In this document: positions 9,301-17,124 of the stretch, piece by piece
Position numbering within the stretch: position 1 is the stretch's first letter
How the letters are laid out: the number at the start of each line of letters is the position of its first letter
NCBI GenBank assembly: GCA_017463765.1
Contig: JAFTON010000055.1
Location: 1 to 56,262, forward strand
Direction: 5' to 3'
DNA from: Clostridia bacterium
Lineage (GTDB): Bacteria; Bacillota; Clostridia; Oscillospirales; CAG-272
DNA: 56,262 bases
Translations under genes and position numbers: made by a program
Notes under the pieces: model-generated
Databases searched by the model: none
What the model saw: only the letters and a program-made list of their open reading frames with translations
What the model was told of the DNA's origin: nothing

Positions 9301-12300
9301 AGTGTAACGTCTGCTGTGGGAGTATAGCTGTCGCCAACTGCAGTCATGGTCTCATCGCCCTGTACGTACCAGCCACGGAATACGAAGCCTTCTGCAGAAA
9401 GGGTGGGAAGAGCAACTGCAATATTGATGTTAACAGAGCCGATCTGCTCAAATTCAACGTTCTTGCCGTTAGCATCGAGTGTAACGTTTGCCATAGGCTT
9501 GGTAAGCGTTGCAGTTCTTGCTGCGGTGTCAAGAGTCATTACGTAGTATTCGGTGTTTACACCGTCAACTGCGAAGTATACGTCGAAGCCGTTCTCGGTT
9601 GCAGTGTAGGTACCTGTCTTATCGCCATATATAATTGTGCCTGTACCGTCGAGAGCGATAGTTTCATCACCCATAGCGTAGCTGCCGTAGTAAGCATCAA
9701 GCGCCATTGTGTTGTTGTTATCGCTAAAGGAAGAACCGATAGAGGTTACGGCAACGATTATGTTACCGGTCTTGTTATCCTTAACGATAACAGTCTTGGA
9801 ATCCTTAACAGTAGAGGGAGTAAGAACCTCACCTATTGCAGAAGTGATAGTTACGTTGTTGTAGATATGGTTGTTGTAGAGGAAGATGGTAGTATCCTCG
9901 CCAAGCTTTGTATCTACAGTGATGAACTGTGCATAGTAGTTAAATTCGGTGCTACCGGGAGTCTTGGGAGCCTTTACACCGTAGTGTGCGTCTACCTTAC
10001 CGTTTGTAGCCTCTGTATAACGGCTGTAGAAGTAGTAGTCATTACCGATATCGTAATTACTATACATACCTGCGATAACGCCGGTCTCAGCATCGAAGTA
10101 GAAGGTATAGGTTGAAGTAGCAGTTGCGCTTGTCTTCCACTGAACAACCTGAGTTGCAGGATCGTAGGATACGATTATACCGGTCTTGAAGCCGGAAATA
10201 TTACCGTTTTCATCAATGGTAATAGGAGTCTTTGAGCTATTACCATAGCTTGCATTCCAGATCTCAACACCATAGTATGTGCCGTAGTAAGCGGGAAGAT
10301 CGATCCACTGAGCGATAATGGTTGCGCCTGTGTCCTCTGCACCGATGGTGGTTTCAAGGTCAAGTGCAAAGTCCTCGCCGTCAATCTCGCCGTTGCCGTT
10401 AGCATCAACGTACCAAGCTACAAACTTCTTGTAGTTGTCGAGGTCAAGGCCGTAGGTAGGAAGGAAGTCGCCGATAACGTCGCCCTCGCCAAGATAGAGA
10501 GTATCAGCGTCATCACCGATAGTTCCTACAAGAGTGATAACAACCTTTGCCTTCCAGCTTGCGTAAAGGGTTACGTCGGTGGTAGGAATGAAGTCAGCTT
10601 CTACGGGCTGAGTGCAATCTGCATCATAGTACCAGCCCTTGAAGGTCATGGTAGGATGAGTGTAGGTAGGAAGAGTCTGAGGTACGTTCTTGTTGTACTC
10701 GATAGGCTCCTGCTCAGCATATTCGCCTGTTACAAAGCTTACGTTAACCTTAGGCATTTCAAGGGTGTAGGAAGCGTCATCGCCAAGAGCTACAACGTAG
10801 AAGTGAGTAACCTTGCCGTCTGCATCCTTAAGATATACGTTAATGCCGTCATCTGCAACGGTGTAGCTACCGCTAACGCCGCCAAGAGTAAGTGTGCCGA
10901 AGCCCGAGATAACGAGATCGCCGTTGTCGCTATTGGAGTAGGTTCCTTCATAACCGTCAAGAGCGTTCTGCTTCTCGCCATCATAACCGTAGGAAGCGAT
11001 AAGCTCGCCTGCAGAATTCTTAACGTAAACGTATGCTGCATTATAGCAAGCATCTGCGCTTACTGCGTTACCTGCCATATCAGAGAAGCTTACGCCGATG
11101 TATGCTCTGTCTGCTGTGCAGAATACGCTGTATGCGTTATCGTTTACGGTATAGGTAAATGCCATTGCGTTGCCGTTCCAGGAGGAAGCAACTGCAGAGT
11201 TATAAGAGGGATCTGCCTCAAAGGGAGTATAAAGAACAACGTAATCGAAAGCAGAGTTTCTCGCACGAACGATTATGCCTGTAGCAAAATCAACGTATGC
11301 GGGATATGTAATGTAGCTTTCATAGTTGGGTACTTCATTACCGTCTTCATCGGTAGCAATGTCGTAGATGACAATATCAATTCTACCTGTTTCAGCATCA
11401 ACCATTCTGATCTGGGTAAAGCCACGGTAAGGATAGGATGTGCAGAATCCGAAGCCGTTAGCATCAAGAGTCAAGGTAGCATTGCTCCAGGTATCCTGAG
11501 CAGTAACAACCTTATTGCTTTCCTCAAGCTCGCCGTCGAATACAAGGTTGGTGTAGGTCTTTCCGTCATAAGGAGCAACGAGCTTTGCGATCGCCACATC
11601 TACTGTGCCGTAGATAGAGGAATAGGTCATCACGCCTGCCTCGTTGTAGGTTGCGGGAGTAGCTACGGTAGCTGTCCATACGGTAGCATCGGTAAGAACG
11701 GGGATTATTCCCTGCTCCTTTGCGCCACAAGCACACTCGCGCTCAGCTGTGCCGGCTGCGGTCTCGGTAGCCTGTGTAATAACTGTCCATGCACCGTAAG
11801 CGTGACCCTCGGTCTTAGCAAGAGTAACCTTTACTGTGCCGTAAAGCTCGGAGGTGTAAACCTTCTCGCCCTCTTCAAGATGAGAGGGAGCCTTGGTGAT
11901 CTCGGCAGTCCATACGGTAGCATCGGTAAGAACGGGAATTACGCCCTGTTCCTTATCGCCACAGATACATTCACGCTCAGCTGTGCCTGCTGCGGTCTCG
12001 GTAGCCTGTGTAATAACTGTCCATGCGCCGTAGGAGTGTCCCTCGGTCTTGGGAAGAGTAACCTTTACTGTTCCGTAAAGCTCGGAGGTGTAGGTCTTCT
12101 CACCCTCTGTGGTGTGAGTAGGCTCGGTGGTAACCTCTGCCGACCATACGGTAGTATCTGCAAGAGCAGGTACGCTTACGTTTTCGGTTGCACCGCACTC
12201 ACAAGTCTTTCTTGCCTGGCCCTCAGATGCCTCGGTAGGATTTACGGTCAAGGTGTAAGTCCATTCGTGAGGAATTATAGCCAGCTCGAATTCTACAGAT

Positions 12301-12593
12301 CCGTACGATGAGGTATAAACCTCTGCACCTGCAGAATTGTGTGTTGCGGGAGTTACCTGCTTTGTCCAGAACTCACCGTCGGTGAGAGGAGGCAGAGTAA
12401 CTTCCTTGGTCTCGTTGCATTCACATTTACCAATAGCAGCACCGGAAGCCTGTTCGGTTGGGGCTGTCTGTATACTCCAGTTGGAATATACGTGCTCATG
12501 CTCTTCTGCCGGGAACAATATGTCACAGCAGGTAAGCACCGCAACCATTGTAAATGTCAAAACAAGTATCGCCAAAATTTTCTTTGCGTTCAT
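6309..12593 (-). CDS. Giant (2094 aa) secreted/lipid-anchored modular surface protein with InlB-B/Flg_new repeats
   Basis: The preferred start is MNAKKILAILVLTFTMVAVLTCC (ATG 12593-12591, GGAGAAAAAACA upstream). The track ORF extends 32 codons further. It has several Flg_new-type motifs, for example FKGWYYDADCTQPV...VTLYASWKA, FRGWYVQGDE...TLVALWKA and FEGWYTTADF...TYYAKWSA. Four large super-modules are present. No LPXTG signal and no C-terminal TM. Confidence 0.85.
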   Translation of the reverse strand: MNAKKILAILVLTFTMVAVLTCCDILFPAEEHEHVYSNWSIQTAPTEQASGAAIGKCECNETKEVTLPPLTDGEFWTKQVTPATHNSAGAEVYTSSYGSVEFELAIIPHEWTYTLTVNPTEASEGQARKTCECGATENVSVPALADTTVWSAEVTTEPTHTTEGEKTYTSELYGTVKVTLPKTEGHSYGAWTVITQATETAAGTAERECICGDKEQGVIPVLTDATVWTAEITKAPSHLEEGEKVYTSELYGTVKVTLAKTEGHAYGAWTVITQATETAAGTAERECACGAKEQGIIPVLTDATVWTATVATPATYNEAGVMTYSSIYGTVDVAIAKLVAPYDGKTYTNLVFDGELEESNKVVTAQDTWSNATLTLDANGFGFCTSYPYRGFTQIRMVDAETGRIDIVIYDIATDEDGNEVPNYESYITYPAYVDFATGIIVRARNSAFDYVVLYTPFEADPSYNSAVASSWNGNAMAFTYTVNDNAYSVFCTADRAYIGVSFSDMAGNAVSADACYNAAYVYVKNSAGELIASYGYDGEKQNALDGYEGTYSNSDNGDLVISGFGTLTLGGVSGSYTVADDGINVYLKDADGKVTHFYVVALGDDASYTLEMPKVNVSFVTGEYAEQEPIEYNKNVPQTLPTYTHPTMTFKGWYYDADCTQPVEADFIPTTDVTLYASWKAKVVITLVGTIGDDADTLYLGEGDVIGDFLPTYGLDLDNYKKFVAWYVDANGNGEIDGEDFALDLETTIGAEDTGATIIAQWIDLPAYYGTYYGVEIWNASYGNSSKTPITIDENGNISGFKTGIIVSYDPATQVVQWKTSATATSTYTFYFDAETGVIAGMYSNYDIGNDYYFYSRYTEATNGKVDAHYGVKAPKTPGSTEFNYYAQFITVDTKLGEDTTIFLYNNHIYNNVTITSAIGEVLTPSTVKDSKTVIVKDNKTGNIIVAVTSIGSSFSDNNNTMALDAYYGSYAMGDETIALDGTGTIIYGDKTGTYTATENGFDVYFAVDGVNTEYYVMTLDTAARTATLTKPMANVTLDANGKNVEFEQIGSVNINIAVALPTLSAEGFVFRGWYVQGDETMTAVGDSYTPTADVTLVALWKAEFVLNVVYNDNVTENGQFIYGEGEIATIDNPTYAKHKFDGWFTTADFAEGTEWASGSAMTESITIYAKWSDAPIYNLTYTVTEIERKNDSNATDLYKFYTRTAACFTIDPDGKSPKTSYPFATGDISITDYDPVAGTLVLNCGSKSYKGYIDKETGIILLNYVTGDADMQEFFFLNPLSTNSITSMMVGSYWNNGNTACIVYNFDDATSYTIFVNNNVVYFGVSFEDADGNAVAANACYQSSMLYVKDREGNLIAYFGYNGTTMCQLDGYEGTYTGENGDVVVSGYGALTIAGLNGTYTKIDDDTFGVYTFNEDNTVNMYYVVDIDKENKTYVAAPVPVTITFVSDHGAADPKSAFANVPTSLPTLSAEGFVFRGWYVQGDEAQTIVDINAFVTDGSVTLVAKWDAMLSVSVVYGNTLETVVDYYGAGDTPVLVEPGYTNGKAFDGWYTDADCTVAYVSGPISESITIYAKWVDAHPMFGSYKGANIYGSTQSGGSKTTSSGSSTFVVDALGNATFGNNTATITEYDPETCLFKAYTSDGKRFLGLFDAASGVLICNYSAGGEVIDDDVNIYVSGTSFGYNGCYWNSGMIKLGTIQGDAGAVNFFLFKDRIYSDVTWASDDGDVTALNAYQASNLYVYDSEGELIAYFAKDGSKGLVQKINDGMGGSYYTDGENNALVLNGYGAGTITNAAEGLENAALTYTVMGDDVAYDLEVVIGDAYYHVTISENTYSIVHVKYTVSFVTGIDGFIIDSVEVEHNAEYRLPSDVAYEGYKFEGWYTTADFSGSREYWYEENSDMTYYAKWSALYTVTMVYGEGMENVSSTYTSGSEVTFGAGLSSDGTGLYIWFADEACTQPITTAIITGDMTVYGVKAANVTYGTYNFVNKNGALVSNNKGIGSSTAAMTITMLGSYSVTYNYDVSTESGWDKFSVEETISGTSTTTVSGASGEDSGSKTATLAEGDSIYFAYKKDSSGNSGDDTVTLTLVIAPIA
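11583..12503 (-). repeat. Four tandem ~77-aa coding repeats with a 234-nt period, each carrying a His-aromatic motif and a CxC(G/N) pair
   Basis: The anchor CCATACGGTAG recurs at 11676, 11910 and 12144, exactly 234 nt apart. Copies 3 and 4 share long identical runs, for example GCGGTCTCGGTAGCCTGTGTAATAACTGTCCATGC. At protein level: GHSYGAWTVITQATETAAGTAERECICG versus GHAYGAWTVITQATETAAGTAERECACG. Confidence 0.85.
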
Positions 12594-12710
12594 TGTTTTT
12601 TCTCCTTTACTATCCGAGAAGTGATGTACGTCAGGGTATTTGCTCGTCCGGCACTGATAAGCATTACGTCCCGCCGTATCATTCCTCATAAATTAGATTT
12701 TTATATACAA

Positions 12711-15700
12711 TCAATCTGCAATAAGCAGAGCACCTATTGAAATATAGCCCTGCGCATCGGATGAAAGATTGGTGGATTGAAGCTTAAGCTGATTGATGGA
12801 GATCACGTCCTCCACGTAGAAGGTGAAGAAAACGTCGCCGACAGAAACCGTCAGCATATCAGCCGAAAGCGAATAGGTAGCCACCCTGGTATCAGAGGTG
12901 GTGAAGATGGGTGAATAGCTATCAACCGTACATCCGTCCGTCTCGCTGTCGTGGGAGGGAGAGATGGAGGTGATATTCACCCTGCCGTCCTCAAGGAAGG
13001 CAAAGGTTGTTTCGGCGTCGTAAATGACGTCGTCACATACGAATCTATAGCTTATGCTATAGGACTTTCCTACAAAGCTGCTTGCGCTGAAGGGCAAGGC
13101 TTCTTCTGTGTAGGTCATTGTATCGGTGTTCAGGATAAAGCCGTGAAGCTCCTTGAAATTAACCACGATCCACTTGCCGTTCTGACGGTAGCTTCCCACG
13201 TTATCTCCAAGCTTTGCCTTGCCGAATCCGTCAAGGATAAGATCACCCTTACCCTCTGCGGTGAAAGTACCACGCCAGGCATCAGACTCTGTAAGTCCCT
13301 TATTTGAGCTGCCCCAGCTGTCAATTCTGACGTATACGGTCTTAGCCGGGCTATCTACCTTAAGAATTGCGCCGACAACGAAGGGATTGTCTGAATTAAG
13401 ACAGGTTACGGTCGCCTCATCACCGATAGATGAAAGAGAAGCAGCCAGGCGATACACCGTTTTTCCACCCACCGTGAAGGCACGAAGCACGACGCCCTCT
13501 CCTCCTGCCACGTAGGAGGTTCCTGTGGTGTAAAGCTCGGTGAAGTTTGCTGCACCGGAGGCAACGACCTTAAGCACGCCGTCGTGAAGCATATTGCCAC
13601 GAAGGGTGATCATACCTCCGTCCTCGCCGTAAACTCTGCCGCTGAACTCATTGTTCTCTGCCCCAAGGGTTGCAAGACCCTCATAGGTAACGTCACCGAT
13701 ACTGAGCTTCATTCTGCCGTAAAGATCAAGCGAGAAGAAGCTGTTCTGGAAGAGCACGCCCTGTCCGAAGATCTGGGCAACGGGAGCGCTGTCTGCCAGG
13801 GGAGCAAGGATCTGAACCGTGTAATAAGATGTTACCGTCTCACCACCCACCGAGATGCTTACTCCGAAGCGATAGAAGCCCGGAGCAGTCCATTTTACCG
13901 TGTTGGTGGTAAGGCAAGCCTTCTTTTGCGCATCGTTCATCACACCGTCCTTGGTCGTGATGGTAATACGCTGATAGAAATCATCCTTGGCGTTTACGCT
14001 TGCGCCGATCTGAAGTGTCGACATATCAACGATAGCACCGTCAACTATAGTGCTGTTACGCCAGGTTGCCCCAACCTCACAGACGTCTGCAAAGGATTTA
14101 GCCACAAGCAGATTTCCGAGAGGATGAGTATAAAGCACTGCACCCTTACCGTGAGTAAAGGTTGGAATCGTGTCGAGATAGGTGATATGAAGCTCCTGTC
14201 CAACAAGCTCATAGGAAAGCTCGGTGACGGTATATGAGGACCTGTTGAAATTGATAACGCCGTGTCCGTAGCCGTTAAGGAACAGATACATATTTCCGAG
14301 CTCGTAGAAGCCGAACAGATTATCTCTTTCCACAAGGGTGAAGCTGTGCGACGCCTCGTCGATCATAAAATGATAGGAATAGGGATCGTATTCATCATCT
14401 GCATAATCGTAGAGAAGAAGCGATGAGCTTGCCTCGTTTACACCGCCATATTTCATACGGTAGAAGGATTGCATATCGGTTGTGAACTGCTTTACGCCGT
14501 CCACGTATAAGGTATAGTGTCCGTAATTATTTACCTGAATGCTTGCGGTCTTGCCGTCTACGGTACCGCTGAAGGTCTGGTTAGCCCATTTCTTATTGAT
14601 CTCATCCTCACGGTTGATCTTTCCCTGCTTAAGAGAGGAAAGAGTGAACTCATAGGACTGTCCGTCAAGAGTTACCGTAGCAACGTCACCCGCTACAGCG
14701 GTATCGAAATTGTTGCTGAGTCGGGCTTCGCCCCAGGTATTCACGTATACGGTGTCGGATGAAAGCTTTGAAACGAGATGCACCTTCTGTCCGTACCAGA
14801 AGGAAGTATTATCCTCATTTGAGGTGATGTAGAACAGGTCGATGCTGTAGTGAGCACCGTTTGCTGAATCAAGCACGTAATCGCTGGTCTGATTTACGAT
14901 GAAGCGTTTTTCAACGGTCCAATCCCTCTCGTGGAAATAAACCGCAGGACGCTTCTCGTTGCTATAGCTTAAGCAAATAGAGTTCTCGGGATCAACCGTG
15001 ATAATACCGTTATCGTAATGAATGGTATGAAGGAATGAGAAATACTGAACGTTGAAGGTATGCTCGTCTATAGCGGATACGATAGGACATACCCTGCCCT
15101 GCATTCTGACCGTACCGTCATCATAGATGATAAGGTCACTGAGCTGAGTTGCCTTCTCGCCCTCCTCGATATATCCGTCGCCGTCCTCGCTGTCGCTTGA
15201 GCCTATAGTGGTAAGCTTGGTGTGATAGGTACCGAGCATACCGTCATCAAGAACGATAACCTTAGCCTCGGTATTAATACCACGGTATACCATCGAAACG
15301 GTATAGCTACCGGGGGTGAATACGTCAACCTTGCCCGAGATCATATCATAGCTTACGGGAACGGATTTACCCGCCTCGGTGATATGGAACAGATCCTTTA
15401 CAAGCAAGGGACTTCCCGCAAAGACGGTTGCGCCGTCTGCGGTGATCGAAATATCAGCCTCTACACGAAGCAGGTAAGAAACCTCAACAGGCTCGCTGTC
15501 AGGGCCGTTTACGTAAACAGCAACACGAACCTCCTGATCTGCCACGCTATTGAAATCAATGGGATCGGACAGCACCCTTGCGTAGCAGGAGATGATATCC
15601 ACGTGGTCGGGATTTGTCGTAAGAGTCTGATTATATCCGTTGATCTTAACCTGAATATTGTTAAACACGTTATAGGACGTAGTTCCTATGCCGAGAAGCA

Positions 15701-17048
15701 GCGAGGGCGCCTTTACAGAAACCTCGTATGTGGTGTCGGTGACGGAATAGATGATCGTCTTTTTCACGTCCTCGTATTTAGCAACACCCGAAAGACCCGA
15801 AAGAGGAGTCTTGTTATAACGGATGGTAAGTGTTACGGGATAATCGCCTGTCTTCGTAAAATCAACGCTTGAAAGATCGAAGCAGGTGATGGGGATCTGG
15901 GAGAAGCGTACGCCGTTTATTATTACGGTAACGTCGTTTTCGAAGGGATAATCCGAAAGAGAGGTTCCACGCTTTACGGTAACCCTCTCGGGTGAGAGGA
16001 TAACCACTCCACCCTTTACCTCAACCTGCGCCACTATGGGCTCCTGGTCGGGATAGCTAAGGGTGATGGGATATATTCCCTCCTTGGTGTAATCAATAGC
16101 TCCCGTAATATAGCGCACGGGGGTTTCAAGAAGCTTCTCGCCCTTTCTGATCTCGAAAAGCGAGGCAAGATCAATAGCAGCACCGTTGGGATAGGTCACG
16201 ATGCTTTTCGCCGTAATACTGATCTGCTCCTCCTCTACGATACGAATGATTGTTTCGCTTTCACATAACGTACCATCATAGACGTAGGAGAGTTTTACGG
16301 TATAGCTCTCTCCGAGCCTTGCATCCGAAAGAGCCGAGGCATCGATCATATCAGAGGTGACACGCACGGGAGCTCCGTCAACAAAAAGCGAGAAGAGAGT
16401 GGTGAAGTCAAAGCCCTCAAGCTCCGAGAGGGTCACAGGCAGTTCACGGTATGCCGCAATAGCCTCTACCCAATGGTTGGGGTTGACGGTAATGCTGAGC
16501 GTGCGGGAGATGCCACCGAAGGTGACGGTGTACTCATACACGCCTGCCTTGTTTTCAAGGTTAGTAAAGATCATTTCATCGGTGATAGCCACGGTCTCGC
16601 CATCCTTTTCGGCAGTAAAGAGTGCCGAGAAGTCGTAGGACGCAGCCTCCGATTGAGTAAGGACTATGCTGTCCTTGGATAAGCTGAGCTTATATACCGT
16701 AGCCATTACCTTTACGATAACGGTTGCCTGCTTGCCTCCGTAGGTGCAATAGACGGTATATTCGCCTGCAGTAGCGCTCACCTCATTCTTATCAATAGAA
16801 TTGGCAGGCACGGTGACAGATTCACCGTTTTCGGTGATCTTAAAGAGGGTGGTGTAGTCATAATCGGCTACCTGCTCGTCTTTAATGGTAACGCTGGTGA
16901 CTACACCTGCGACCTCCACGCCCATATCATCAGGCTCATCGTCTATGATCGGCGGGTGGTCGCCATTGAGGTCTTCCCACAGCCCGCAGGATGCGAGAAA
17001 AAGGATACATAGTACGCATAATAATGCGACTGTGAGTATTTTTTTCAT
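12711..17048 (-). CDS. Giant (1445 aa) lipoprotein: about eight or nine tandem Ig-like ~70-aa domains plus an ~800-aa C-terminal region of unnamed modules
   Basis: The preferred start is MKKILTVALLCVLCILFLASC (canonical LASC lipobox; ATG 17048-17046 after AAAGGGG). The N-terminal repeats have the form T..D...D...LF....G..V......I......G.Y.V......G......V.V. The C-terminal part shares the G-x-(Y/F)...L-x-L-x-G-x-G...G-x-Y module with the 2094-aa protein. Confidence 0.85.
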   Translation of the reverse strand: MKKILTVALLCVLCILFLASCGLWEDLNGDHPPIIDDEPDDMGVEVAGVVTSVTIKDEQVADYDYTTLFKITENGESVTVPANSIDKNEVSATAGEYTVYCTYGGKQATVIVKVMATVYKLSLSKDSIVLTQSEAASYDFSALFTAEKDGETVAITDEMIFTNLENKAGVYEYTVTFGGISRTLSITVNPNHWVEAIAAYRELPVTLSELEGFDFTTLFSLFVDGAPVRVTSDMIDASALSDARLGESYTVKLSYVYDGTLCESETIIRIVEEEQISITAKSIVTYPNGAAIDLASLFEIRKGEKLLETPVRYITGAIDYTKEGIYPITLSYPDQEPIVAQVEVKGGVVILSPERVTVKRGTSLSDYPFENDVTVIINGVRFSQIPITCFDLSSVDFTKTGDYPVTLTIRYNKTPLSGLSGVAKYEDVKKTIIYSVTDTTYEVSVKAPSLLLGIGTTSYNVFNNIQVKINGYNQTLTTNPDHVDIISCYARVLSDPIDFNSVADQEVRVAVYVNGPDSEPVEVSYLLRVEADISITADGATVFAGSPLLVKDLFHITEAGKSVPVSYDMISGKVDVFTPGSYTVSMVYRGINTEAKVIVLDDGMLGTYHTKLTTIGSSDSEDGDGYIEEGEKATQLSDLIIYDDGTVRMQGRVCPIVSAIDEHTFNVQYFSFLHTIHYDNGIITVDPENSICLSYSNEKRPAVYFHERDWTVEKRFIVNQTSDYVLDSANGAHYSIDLFYITSNEDNTSFWYGQKVHLVSKLSSDTVYVNTWGEARLSNNFDTAVAGDVATVTLDGQSYEFTLSSLKQGKINREDEINKKWANQTFSGTVDGKTASIQVNNYGHYTLYVDGVKQFTTDMQSFYRMKYGGVNEASSSLLLYDYADDEYDPYSYHFMIDEASHSFTLVERDNLFGFYELGNMYLFLNGYGHGVINFNRSSYTVTELSYELVGQELHITYLDTIPTFTHGKGAVLYTHPLGNLLVAKSFADVCEVGATWRNSTIVDGAIVDMSTLQIGASVNAKDDFYQRITITTKDGVMNDAQKKACLTTNTVKWTAPGFYRFGVSISVGGETVTSYYTVQILAPLADSAPVAQIFGQGVLFQNSFFSLDLYGRMKLSIGDVTYEGLATLGAENNEFSGRVYGEDGGMITLRGNMLHDGVLKVVASGAANFTELYTTGTSYVAGGEGVVLRAFTVGGKTVYRLAASLSSIGDEATVTCLNSDNPFVVGAILKVDSPAKTVYVRIDSWGSSNKGLTESDAWRGTFTAEGKGDLILDGFGKAKLGDNVGSYRQNGKWIVVNFKELHGFILNTDTMTYTEEALPFSASSFVGKSYSISYRFVCDDVIYDAETTFAFLEDGRVNITSISPSHDSETDGCTVDSYSPIFTTSDTRVATYSLSADMLTVSVGDVFFTFYVEDVISINQLKLQSTNLSSDAQGYISIGALLIAD

Positions 17049-17124
17049 AAAAGTACCCCTTTGTTGGTGTAGATTGGTCACAAGGGTTGTTAATAAAGCT
17101 TAATAACTGTCAGTCAAAAGCAGA

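Noticed and set aside
7011-12311. Series of long plus-strand ORFs inside the 2094-aa gene: 7011-7772, 7854-8747, 9174-10115 and 10656-12311
   Set aside because: Same cause. For example, 10656-12311 is in phase with the minus-strand codons. The products are low-complexity and Cys/Val-rich, there are no ribosome-binding sites, and the sense strand carries clear Flg_new and repeat architecture.
12594-12689. Upstream-extended starts given in the ORF track: 12689 for the 2094-aa gene, 17081 for the 1445-aa gene, 5608 for the ATPase, 29974 for the small protein, plus 40564, 42818, 43191 and 52075
   Set aside because: In each case an internal ATG has a proper SD and begins a signal peptide or a conserved N-terminus. 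The extension has no ribosome-binding site, or it overlaps the upstream gene.
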